NCBI GenBank assembly: GCA_910585785.1
Contig: CAJUEV010000008.1
Location: 682 to 64,681, forward strand
Direction: 5' to 3'
Length of the DNA stretch: 64,000 nt
Source of the DNA: an uncultured Christensenella sp.
GTDB lineage: Bacteria; Bacillota; Clostridia; Christensenellales; Borkfalkiaceae
This document shows positions 17,288 through 25,032 of this stretch, in pieces. The first letter of the stretch is position 1; every line of letters begins with the position of its first letter. The position numbers and the translations under genes were made by a program. A model generated the notes under the pieces. It searched no databases, was not told the DNA's origin, and saw only the letters and a list, made by a program, of their open reading frames with translations.

Positions 17288-17950
17288 ATGTATAATTCAA
17301 TAAGTAGTGAATTTAAAGATAAGTCAAAATATCTTACAAATCAGACACTTTATATTGGTCTTCCGATTTTTTATTTTGGTGTAGGTGTTTTACTGGTTTA
17401 TTTATTAAAATGGGATATATTCAATCCTTTCTATTTATTTTTTGTGTTTTTCGGTGTAATAACATTTCTTATTCTAATTTCTTATTATGGATTAATACTA
17501 AAAACCGTAAAAAGTGAAAAAGAGTTTTCTTGGAAAAAAAGTTGGAGAATTCTTAAAATGATTAACTTTTACACTGAAACAGTACATAATAAAGATATTG
17601 ACTTATTAAAGAATATATTAAAAGACTATGGAGTTAATACAAGACCAAAGGTTTTAGAAGTATTAAGACATTACCAATGTTTATTGCCACGCAAAATTAT
17701 TAGTGGTGGGCATTTGCTTTCTATACTTGCGCTAACGATTGCTACTCTTGCACTATTATTTCAGGATAGTATATATAACTCTGAAAGCAAATTATTTATG
17801 GTTTTTTTTGTTATTCTAATGGTAATAGCCATATATATGTTAATAGATATTTTAAACAAAAACTTTTTTCGCGTATTAGGTGTAGATGCCTTAAACGAGC
17901 GCATTGAAATGGCGGTTTCAGAAATTTGGATCCATTCATTGATTAAATAG
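17288..17950 (+). CDS. Hypothetical 220-aa membrane protein (four hydrophobic helices around a ~65-aa polar insert)
   Basis: RBS AAAGAGG. Hydrophobic segments at about residues 20-40, 45-71, 139-157 and 168-189. Last gene before the operon terminator. Confidence 0.7.
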   Translation: MYNSISSEFKDKSKYLTNQTLYIGLPIFYFGVGVLLVYLLKWDIFNPFYLFFVFFGVITFLILISYYGLILKTVKSEKEFSWKKSWRILKMINFYTETVHNKDIDLLKNILKDYGVNTRPKVLEVLRHYQCLLPRKIISGGHLLSILALTIATLALLFQDSIYNSESKLFMVFFVILMVIAIYMLIDILNKNFFRVLGVDALNERIEMAVSEIWIHSLIK

Positions 17951-17967
17951 GATAATAATTAGGAAAC

Positions 17968-17996
17968 AAAATCGGGGCAAATGCCCCGATTTTTTG
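17968..17996 (+). terminator. Intrinsic terminator closing the island operon
   Basis: AAAATCGGGGC-AAAT-GCCCCGATTTTTT. Confidence 0.85.
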
Positions 17997-18065
17997 TATG
18001 TTTTTTGCCTCTTAAATGGTCATTTTTTAGCAGAAAAGTTGAACGAAAAGGACAATTAGTCCGTC

Positions 18066-18120
18066 ACTCCCAAAAAATAGGGAGGTTTTTGGGAGTAAAG
18101 TTTTGAAAATCGTTTGGGAG
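18066..18120. repeat. TTTGGGAG motif cluster at the right island end
   Basis: ACTCCCAAA (inverted, 18066-18074), TTTGGGAGT (18088-18096) and TTTGGGAG (18113-18120). The first two form a hairpin. Confidence 0.5.
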
Positions 18121-18186
18121 CGCAATATATTGTGTTTTTTATTCTTTGCAACTACTATATATTGTTGTTGCTATTTTAATTAAGTC

Positions 18187-18215
18187 CTCTGACTCCGTTG
18201 TTTATTGTTTCAACC
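18187..18215 (+). other. Degenerate tRNA-Gln 3'-half remnant (attR-like)
   Basis: CTCTGACTCCGT is identical to tRNA positions 7480-7491. The following TGTTTATTGTTTCAACC aligns with CATTCGTTGGTTCAAATCC of the intact tRNA at roughly 70 percent identity (by eye). Confidence 0.55.
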
Positions 18216-18277
18216 TTATTCGCCGAGGTTATAAAACAAACTAAAAGACCGGCTTTAATGTTAGATTTCTGATTAAT

Positions 18278-20620
18278 TTATTCCCCTACAAGCAAGTTTT
18301 TGGGGGATATTTTTTTGATTTTAAGCGACATTAAGCACGCTATGCCAAACGACAGAATAATAAACCCGATTCCCGCAAACGTAACAAACACGATAGGAAT
18401 ATTAAACGTACACTTTACAATGCCGAGCGAACTGAAAAACAGCGACAAAAGCGGATTGATAATAAAACAGCCTATAATTATGCCGACAACCGTCGAAATT
18501 ATAATAGCAGGCATAAACGAAAGCGCAGTCTGCAAAATGAGTTGCTTCGTTGTAAATCCAAGCGATTTGAGTATTCCGTAGTCCCGCTTTTTGTTGTTCA
18601 GCATCGTGCGGACAAGCAGATACAATACAAATGCAATTATTACCGCCGAAAGAATAAGGATTGCGATTACTATTATCGTCATAAGCGAAACATAAACGCC
18701 GGCAGCAGCGTCAATCGTTGCATTGACATTTATAACGGTATTAACATTACCCTCAAAATTCCCTTTCATTTCTTCGTTGAAAGCGTCTATATCAGTACCT
18801 TCCGCAAGCTTGATATAATAAGTAACGCTCTGCAACGTTCCCAACCGCTCGAAACCCTTTCTTGTCAGAAGGCAATCCCTGCCGAGATTGTTTGAAATTT
18901 GCGTAAATCCGCAAATAAGATATTTCTGAGTGTTACCGTTTAAAGCTATTTCTATTTCGTTGCCGACTTCAAAGCCTTTCTCTTTTGCATATTTTGCGCC
19001 GATAGCAATTTCATTATCGTATTTAGGGAATCTGCCCTTAAAAATCGTGTTTTGATTATTAAGCACGGAAAAATCATCACACATATCCGCCAAAAGTTCC
19101 GCACCGCCGACGTGCGATATGGTTACGGAGTTATAAAGATACGCCTTTTCGACACGGCTGTCGGAATTTAACTTATCAATAAAATCGTCTTCGACTTCAA
19201 TTTGCACGTTAATAGCGCTGTCAGTTGTTTCACCCATAATAATATCTATGAAAGGCGTCATATCAACAATAATGTTTTCAAACATAAGCCCCGAAAACAC
19301 GACCACGAGCGAGAGAACGAACATTGTTATACAAATCGTTATATTATTCTTTACACTCGATAAAGTAGTTTTGAGCGCAAGCGCGACATTAAGCGGGGCT
19401 TTCATCTTTTCAAGCGGAACGTGATTACGCTTAAAGTTATGAGTCTGAACGCCCGAACGCAGCGCAACGATAGGCTCTATTTTTTTGATTCTACGAGCCG
19501 AAAGCCAAGTGGAAAGCGCGACTGCGCCGCCCAAAATCAAAAGCGAGATAAGCGCGGGTAACGGTAAAAAATGAATTGCATACGGTATTCCCGTCTGCGC
19601 TATCATCATCGTATTTACCGCGGGAAAAATTGCATAAGAAGCCGCTATACCAACGATTGCCGCAATGACAGTCAGCCCCAAAAACTGCAATAAAAGAGAG
19701 TAAACGAGTTGCCTCGAAGTATAACCCGTGGCTTTAAAAGCACCGAGATTTTTAATGTTGACTTGAATATAATTGATAATATTCGATATAATTACCACAA
19801 GCGCAATCAAGAGTACGATAAACGCCATTGCGCTTATAATGCTCGAACAAATCATTTGCGAAATGTATCTTGCTTGCAAAACCACGTCATAACAGCAACC
19901 TATCATACAAGTATTAGGAAAATGCCCAGAAACGGTTGATTTTAATATAGCTTCATAATTGAGGTTAGTTGATTTGTCGTTCAAACGTACCGAACACAGC
20001 GTTGTCTTGGATGCGTAATTCAATTCTTCAAGCTCGGCATACTTATCTGCCGTAAGTATGATTTGAGTTAAAGCGCAGTTATGAGAGCCTAACATTGTGT
20101 TGTTGAAGAAGCCGCATATTGTGTACACTACGGGGTGGCTTCCGATAGTTAATTCAATCGTTTTGCCTACGGAATTATCATTTGACTTATAAAGCATAGG
20201 CAAATATACACCGCTCGTAAACTCGCTATCCTCAACGATTTCGGATTTGCCGATTGTGCGCGAAATAGCCGTTTGCTTATCCATAAAAACAAACTCGCTG
20301 TTCATCATTCCGCCGTTATAAGGGAACGTGCCGACCATACGCATACATTTATCTAAACGGTATTCTTTAACGTCGGCGTCTTTTGCAAGTGTTTCGGTTA
20401 AAAACCCGTAAACCGTTCCGTCGGTATCGTCTACCGCAAGCGTAACGTGTTCGGCATTGAGTTTATCGTGGTATCTCAAAAAGTTGGCTTTATAGTCCAT
20501 AGACAACATAAGCCATAGGTTTAAGAGCATAGCCGCAAGCAAAATCAGCACGACGATAGCAGCCGCTTGTCCTTTTGCTTTCCGCATATTAGAGCGGGCT
20601 ATAAGAAATAGCTTTCTCAT
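18278..20620 (-). CDS. ABC transporter permease, FtsX/MacB-BceB type (780 aa, two FtsX modules)
   Basis: Clusters of N- and C-terminal TM helices with large extracytoplasmic segments. Begins 1 nt after the ATPase gene. Confidence 0.8.
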   Translation of the reverse strand: MRKLFLIARSNMRKAKGQAAAIVVLILLAAMLLNLWLMLSMDYKANFLRYHDKLNAEHVTLAVDDTDGTVYGFLTETLAKDADVKEYRLDKCMRMVGTFPYNGGMMNSEFVFMDKQTAISRTIGKSEIVEDSEFTSGVYLPMLYKSNDNSVGKTIELTIGSHPVVYTICGFFNNTMLGSHNCALTQIILTADKYAELEELNYASKTTLCSVRLNDKSTNLNYEAILKSTVSGHFPNTCMIGCCYDVVLQARYISQMICSSIISAMAFIVLLIALVVIISNIINYIQVNIKNLGAFKATGYTSRQLVYSLLLQFLGLTVIAAIVGIAASYAIFPAVNTMMIAQTGIPYAIHFLPLPALISLLILGGAVALSTWLSARRIKKIEPIVALRSGVQTHNFKRNHVPLEKMKAPLNVALALKTTLSSVKNNITICITMFVLSLVVVFSGLMFENIIVDMTPFIDIIMGETTDSAINVQIEVEDDFIDKLNSDSRVEKAYLYNSVTISHVGGAELLADMCDDFSVLNNQNTIFKGRFPKYDNEIAIGAKYAKEKGFEVGNEIEIALNGNTQKYLICGFTQISNNLGRDCLLTRKGFERLGTLQSVTYYIKLAEGTDIDAFNEEMKGNFEGNVNTVINVNATIDAAAGVYVSLMTIIVIAILILSAVIIAFVLYLLVRTMLNNKKRDYGILKSLGFTTKQLILQTALSFMPAIIISTVVGIIIGCFIINPLLSLFFSSLGIVKCTFNIPIVFVTFAGIGFIILSFGIACLMSLKIKKISPKNLLVGE

Positions 20621-20621
20621 T

Positions 20622-21383
20622 TTACCACCCCATATCTTTCAGAAAGGCAGTAAGTTTTTCGTGCCTTGCCGTATCGCCGTGCGCATATTTGCCTAAATTA
20701 CATTCGCCGAGAATTACGCCGTCTTTCAAATAGAGAATACGGTTGCCGCGACGTGCGGAACGCATATCGTGAGTAACCATTACAACGCTTTGCCCTTGTT
20801 CGTTAAACTTTGTAAGCGTGTCTAAAACGTCAAGCCCCGTTTTACTGTTAAGCGCGCCGGTAGGCTCGTCGGCAAACAGTATTTCGGGGCTATTGATAAG
20901 CGCACGGACTATGCCAACCCTTTGCGCTTCGCCGCCCGATATTTGCGTAGGAAATTTCTTTTGCGTTTCTTCGGATATATCAACCGCCGCAAACAGTTGC
21001 TTTGCTTTTTGTACAAGTGCCTTTTTGTCTTTGTTTACAAGCAACCCTGCGGAAAGTACGTTATCCATAACGCTCATTCCGTCGATAAGATAAATTTGCT
21101 GAAATACAAACCCGCAATGGTCGCGGCGGAATACCGCAAGTCCGTCCTGCGATAAATCCGAAATGACTTTATCCCCGAAAGTGATAGTACCGAGCGACGG
21201 CGTATCCATACCGGAAAGCGCGTATAAAAGCGTTGATTTTCCCGCGCCGCTTGCACCCATAATTACGGTAAAATCGCCCTGATAAAGTTCCAAATCAATG
21301 TTTTTCAGAACGTGTTGCTGTTGTCCCCCGTTAGAGAAAGTCTTGCATAGTTTTTCGGTTTTCAATAAAAGTTGCTGTTGCAT
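20622..21383 (-). CDS. ABC transporter ATP-binding protein (BceA/MacB-like)
   Basis: Walker A GASGAGKST, signature ISGGEAQRV, Walker B ILFADEPTGALN. Confidence 0.9.
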   Translation of the reverse strand: MQQQLLLKTEKLCKTFSNGGQQQHVLKNIDLELYQGDFTVIMGASGAGKSTLLYALSGMDTPSLGTITFGDKVISDLSQDGLAVFRRDHCGFVFQQIYLIDGMSVMDNVLSAGLLVNKDKKALVQKAKQLFAAVDISEETQKKFPTQISGGEAQRVGIVRALINSPEILFADEPTGALNSKTGLDVLDTLTKFNEQGQSVVMVTHDMRSARRGNRILYLKDGVILGECNLGKYAHGDTARHEKLTAFLKDMGW

Positions 21384-21424
21384 ATAGAAACCTCCTTTTT
21401 ACACGCTCATTGTACATTTTATAA

Positions 21425-21465
21425 TTCTTAAATGTCTTTAACGATTTCTTAAATATTTCTTAAAT
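21425..21465. promoter_or_regulatory. Three direct repeats TTCTTAAAT upstream of the ABC operon (candidate response-regulator boxes)
   Basis: TTCTTAAAT at 21425-21433, 21446-21454 and 21457-21465. The last two are part of an 11-bp tandem ATTTCTTAAAT ATTTCTTAAAT. They lie 42-82 nt upstream of the ABC start codon. Confidence 0.5.
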
Positions 21466-21525
21466 AAGTTCACAAATTTTTTGGCGTTCGGCAATGTCGA
21501 ACGTGCTTTTGCTTGCGCCGTTAAT

Positions 21526-22788
21526 TTATTTTCCGCTTAACGCAAGAGTAACCGTAACTTTCAACCCGCGTTCGCCGTTTTCCGCTTTCATCTCTCCTCC
21601 CATTTCTTTCACAAAGTAGTCTGAAATATACAACCCAAGACCCGCGCCTTCGGTATTTGCGGAGTTGCTTCCGCGCTTAAATTTTTCTTTTAGTACAGGC
21701 AATTCTTCGGGTAAAACACCGCCGCCGTAATCTTCTATAACAACGTCAACGGTGTTTTGGTTTTTTTGCGCCGTTACGATAATGTCAGTCTTTGCATACT
21801 TATATGAGTTAGCAAAGATATTATCGAATACCTGCTGCAACCTTAAACTATCGGCGTACACCAAACATTCGGGTATATCGGGAACAGCCGCACGGTGCAT
21901 ATAATCCGCATTTTCAATTAGTGTTTTTACTTGTTTACTGGCTATGTTCGTAGGGGTAACGGTAAGCTGTTGTAATTCTTCAAGCGTTGCCGTAAACAGA
22001 TTGGTGACAAGCGTGTTTATTTGGTCGGCTTTGCCAATTATTTGCGCATAGTTTGCTTTGTCCCTTTCATTATCCGAAACGGCAAGCCCGACTTCGGAAA
22101 CGGCTTTAATGCTTGCAACCGGCGTTTTGATATCGTGTGAAAGTTTTGCAACCAGTTCTTTTTTGCTTGCGTTTGCCTGCGCTTCGGCAATGCGGGCTTT
22201 TTTCAGTTCACTGCGCATTATGTCAAAGCTTTCGGTAAACGCGCCGAACAGATTATGCCTGTCCATTTCAAGCGGAATATCCAAATTGCCGCCCGCCACC
22301 CGCTCTGCAAAGCCTTTTAATTTTCGGAATGGTCTTATTATAGTAAAGTGCATATATACTGCATACCCGATAAAGATTCCGCCTTGAACGGCTATTGCAA
22401 CAGACAAAACGATAATTGCCGTTTGCTTTTGCGATTGAAGAGTTTGCGCACCGTCGTTAAAAACAATCACCTTGCCGACTGCGGTATCGTCAATTGTAAT
22501 ATCGAGTATCGTATCTCTATGCGTGATTGCCGCGTTTACGCTTTCGGAAAGTCCCGATTTTGTTTTGTATAGGAGATTGCCGTTTTCGTCTAAAATAACG
22601 TAGTCGAGAGCGGTAGTATTTTTATGTTGTTCCAAAGCATTAAAATCTTCCGTTACCGATTGCATAACTTCGTTTACGGCAACCGAATCTTGTGAGAAGT
22701 CGGGCGTTTGCATGGCAAAGACGATAAGCGTAATAATTTCGGCAATAAGTACGAGAAGAACACCGATTAAAAAGGCTTGCTTTTTCAT
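21526..22788 (-). CDS. Sensor histidine kinase (TM sensor, HAMP, HisKA, HATPase_c)
   Basis: H-box LSHDIKTPV, N-box QVFDNIFANSYKY, G-box GAGLGLYISDYF. Overlaps the RR gene by 4 nt. Confidence 0.9.
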   Translation of the reverse strand: MKKQAFLIGVLLVLIAEIITLIVFAMQTPDFSQDSVAVNEVMQSVTEDFNALEQHKNTTALDYVILDENGNLLYKTKSGLSESVNAAITHRDTILDITIDDTAVGKVIVFNDGAQTLQSQKQTAIIVLSVAIAVQGGIFIGYAVYMHFTIIRPFRKLKGFAERVAGGNLDIPLEMDRHNLFGAFTESFDIMRSELKKARIAEAQANASKKELVAKLSHDIKTPVASIKAVSEVGLAVSDNERDKANYAQIIGKADQINTLVTNLFTATLEELQQLTVTPTNIASKQVKTLIENADYMHRAAVPDIPECLVYADSLRLQQVFDNIFANSYKYAKTDIIVTAQKNQNTVDVVIEDYGGGVLPEELPVLKEKFKRGSNSANTEGAGLGLYISDYFVKEMGGEMKAENGERGLKVTVTLALSGK

Positions 22789-23465
22789 TCATTACCTCCC
22801 GTAAATTTGTAACCGTCACCCCAAACGGTTACAATGTATTTCGGCTCGTTGGGGTTGCTTTCAATGGCTTCGCGCAATCTGCGGATATGCACGTTAAGCG
22901 TGCCGTCGCCGGTAAACTTATCTTCCCATACCTTTTCAAATAACTCGTTTTTTGAAATTACCTTGTCCTTATTTTCTATAAGATACGCAAGCAATTTAAA
23001 CTCTAACGCGGTCAGTTTTACGCGATTGCCCCCCGCATATACCTGTTTCAACGCAAAATCTACCGTCAAATATCCGTCCGAATATTCGGCAGTAGCGGCT
23101 TGTCCGTACCGCTTTAACACGGCTTTCACTTTGGCAAGAAGAACGCCAAGCGAATACGGTTTTTGAACGTAATCGTCGCCGCCGATATTGAGAGCGATTA
23201 TCTTGTCGTCGTCGCTTGTCCGCGCGGAAATAAAAAGTATGGGAATATTCGTCTTTTCCCGAAGTTCCTTACATAAATCGAAACCGCTTCCGTCGCCCAA
23301 GTTTATGTCAAGCAAAATAAGTTCGGCTGTGTTATCTTTTAAAAATTCACGACAGCCGTCAACGCCGTATACGGCAACCGCAGTTACGCCGAAAAGATTA
23401 AAATATTCCGCCGTACTGTCCGCAAGTACTTTTTCGTCGTCAATGATAAGGCAATTATATTTCAT
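22785..23465 (-). CDS. OmpR/PhoB-family response regulator
   Basis: Receiver LIIDDE...ILLDINLGDGSG...KP, plus a winged-helix C-terminus (LTALEFKLLAYL...VWGDGYKF). Confidence 0.9.
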   Translation of the reverse strand: MKYNCLIIDDEKVLADSTAEYFNLFGVTAVAVYGVDGCREFLKDNTAELILLDINLGDGSGFDLCKELREKTNIPILFISARTSDDDKIIALNIGGDDYVQKPYSLGVLLAKVKAVLKRYGQAATAEYSDGYLTVDFALKQVYAGGNRVKLTALEFKLLAYLIENKDKVISKNELFEKVWEDKFTGDGTLNVHIRRLREAIESNPNEPKYIVTVWGDGYKFTGGNE

Positions 23466-23508
23466 ACCGCACCTCCGTATTGATTATACCACTTTTCAAG
23501 GCATAAAT

Positions 23509-23527
23509 CTTTAAGAATTTCTTAAAT
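23509..23527. promoter_or_regulatory. Inverted copy pair of the TTCTTAAAT motif upstream of the RR-HK operon
   Basis: CTTTAAGAA-T-TTCTTAAAT, 44 nt upstream of the RR start codon. Confidence 0.45.
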
Positions 23528-23589
23528 TATTGCTTTTAACAAAACTGTTTATTTTACTGCTAATGACAGTTTTATCTGCCGTATATGAT

Positions 23590-23717
23590 AGAAAAAATTG
23601 TCTTGCTTTACGCCCGATAGTTTCAACGCCGTTTTGCTTGGCAAGCCGTATTTCGTCCGCTTGGCGTTCGCGTATGTTTGCCCGCTCGTTTTCGGCAACG
23701 AAAGACAGCACTTGCAA
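23590..23717 (-). pseudogene. Serine recombinase (resolvase/invertase) fragment
   Basis: FVAENERANIRERQADEIRLAKQNGVETIGRK matches the conserved ..AE.ER..I.ER...G...A...G...GR segment at the end of the catalytic domain. The N-terminal catalytic part is missing. Confidence 0.55.
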
Positions 23718-23735
23718 GACAATGTCAGAAATGAA

Positions 23736-23912
23736 TTTACCGACAATTGTTTCGGCGAGAGCGCTTTCTCTTATTGCAGTAGACTTACAAGTATATCATT
23801 TAACGGCACAATGGCGCAATGGAACGCTATTGAAAAAAACGATTATTGGAACGTAGATACGGGCAACTACACCATTCACTGCACTGACGGCGATATAGCA
23901 AAAGATAATTAA
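23736..23912 (+). pseudogene. C-terminal fragment of a BspA-like leucine-rich-repeat surface protein
   Basis: FGESAFSYCSRLTSISFNGTMAQWNAIEKNDYWNVDTGNYTIHCTDGDI is the typical end of BspA-type LRR proteins. No upstream body. Confidence 0.5.
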
Positions 23913-23948
23913 CTTTCCGAACGGCATAAACGGAGAAAAGCATAAACC

Positions 23949-23980
23949 AAAAAACACCACGAAACTTCGTGGTGTTTTTT
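23949..23980. terminator. Bidirectional terminator abutting the tRNA-Ser 3' end
   Basis: AAAAAACACCACGAA-ACT-TCGTGGTGTTTTTT. Confidence 0.75.
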
Positions 23981-23982
23981 GG

Positions 23983-24073
23983 TGGCGCGGAAGGAGGGAT
24001 TTGAACCCTCGCTGCGGTTTCCCGCACTACTCCCTTAGCAGGGGAGCCCCTTGAGCCACTTGGGTACTTCCGC
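23983..24073 (-). tRNA. tRNA-Ser (anticodon GCT), long variable arm
   Basis: The reverse complement GCGGAAGTACCCAAGTGGCTCAAGGGGCTCCCCTGCTAAGGGAGTAGTGCGGGAAACCGCAGCGAGGGTTCAAATCCCTCCTTCCGCGCCA folds as a class II tRNA. Anticodon loop CTGCTAA. Confidence 0.9.
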
Positions 24074-24136
24074 AATCGGTGCAAAAACCGCGGCTCTGCT
24101 CGGTCATTGCGTTACCTAAATATTTAAAGCCTACAT

Positions 24137-24165
24137 ACTATATCATAATTTTACGGCTTTGTCAA
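24137..24165 (-). promoter_or_regulatory. Promoter for tRNA-Ser
   Basis: Minus strand reads TTGACA (24160-24165), 17-bp spacer, TATAGT (24137-24142). Confidence 0.65.
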
Positions 24166-24255
24166 AACTTTAATTCACGGTTTTTGCAAATTTACGGCAA
24201 CATTTTTAGGCTGTCGCGCGGTTAATTGCTTCCCGCGCACAAAAATTTTGCAACG

Positions 24256-25032
24256 TCAAAACCCCATTTCAGCAAGTTCGCAGCATAAATTGACGTAAAA
24301 CGCGTAAATCTTTTCCCTTTTCTTTTTCCCCGCCATAAAATCGACGATTTCGCTATGAGAAACCGAGCCTTCCGTACAATTGCCGCGGTAATTGCCGAAT
24401 TTGGCGGACTCTACCGAAACGACTCCGTCGGTAAAATCATTTTCAAACTTCTTCGAAAAAATATACGGCACGCCCATCACAAAATCGTCGCGGCTGCGCG
24501 CCATTGCGGAAGAATAGCTTTGGCAATAAACTTTGTCCGAAAAATTTAGCACGTCTTCCGCAAAAAAGCCAGACTGCAACTGCTCGCACACCTTTAACGA
24601 ATCGGGGTGTTTATCGCCGAACACGCGATAGCACGTATTCACCCAAAACGCAATAAACTTTTTTATCGGCTTGGGAAAACCGAGAATTTTTGTGGCGATT
24701 TGCGAGCCCTTATGCGGGGTGCAAAGGGTGGTAAGCGATGCGACTTTGTCCTGCATACCAAGCCGCTCAATCATATATTTTGCGTCCAACCCGCCCTTAG
24801 AGTGCGCGATAATATTCACTTTTTCGGCGTTTTCCGACGATAAAATATCCAACACGTCCGCTTTCAACTGCTCGGCATTGTTTTCTATCGTCCCGAATCC
24901 GTCCGTTTTGCTTGTATACACGCGGCAGCCTTCTGCCTTCAAAATTTTTTCTATTTTTCCGAAGGCCCTGAAAAATTTGAAATCCTTCAAAATTATGCCG
25001 TGCGCAAGTACGACAGGATATTTTGTTTTCAC
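24256..25032 (-). CDS. Alpha/beta hydrolase, lipase/esterase family
   Basis: Nucleophile elbow IIAHSKGG (A-H-S-x-G type, as in Bacillus LipA-like lipases). N-terminal YPVVLAHGI oxyanion region. Confidence 0.75.
   Translation of the reverse strand: MKTKYPVVLAHGIILKDFKFFRAFGKIEKILKAEGCRVYTSKTDGFGTIENNAEQLKADVLDILSSENAEKVNIIAHSKGGLDAKYMIERLGMQDKVASLTTLCTPHKGSQIATKILGFPKPIKKFIAFWVNTCYRVFGDKHPDSLKVCEQLQSGFFAEDVLNFSDKVYCQSYSSAMARSRDDFVMGVPYIFSKKFENDFTDGVVSVESAKFGNYRGNCTEGSVSHSEIVDFMAGKKKREKIYAFYVNLCCELAEMGF

Larger units (their letters stand above)
7480..18198. mobile_element. Integrative genomic (defence) island inserted at tRNA-Gln
   Basis: An integrase lies next to the tRNA 3' end. The exact 12-bp direct repeat CTCTGACTCCGT occurs at 7480-7491 (anticodon arm) and 18187-18198. 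The second copy is followed by a degenerate tRNA 3'-half look-alike. The interior is visibly AT-rich and carries the cargo listed below. Confidence 0.7.
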
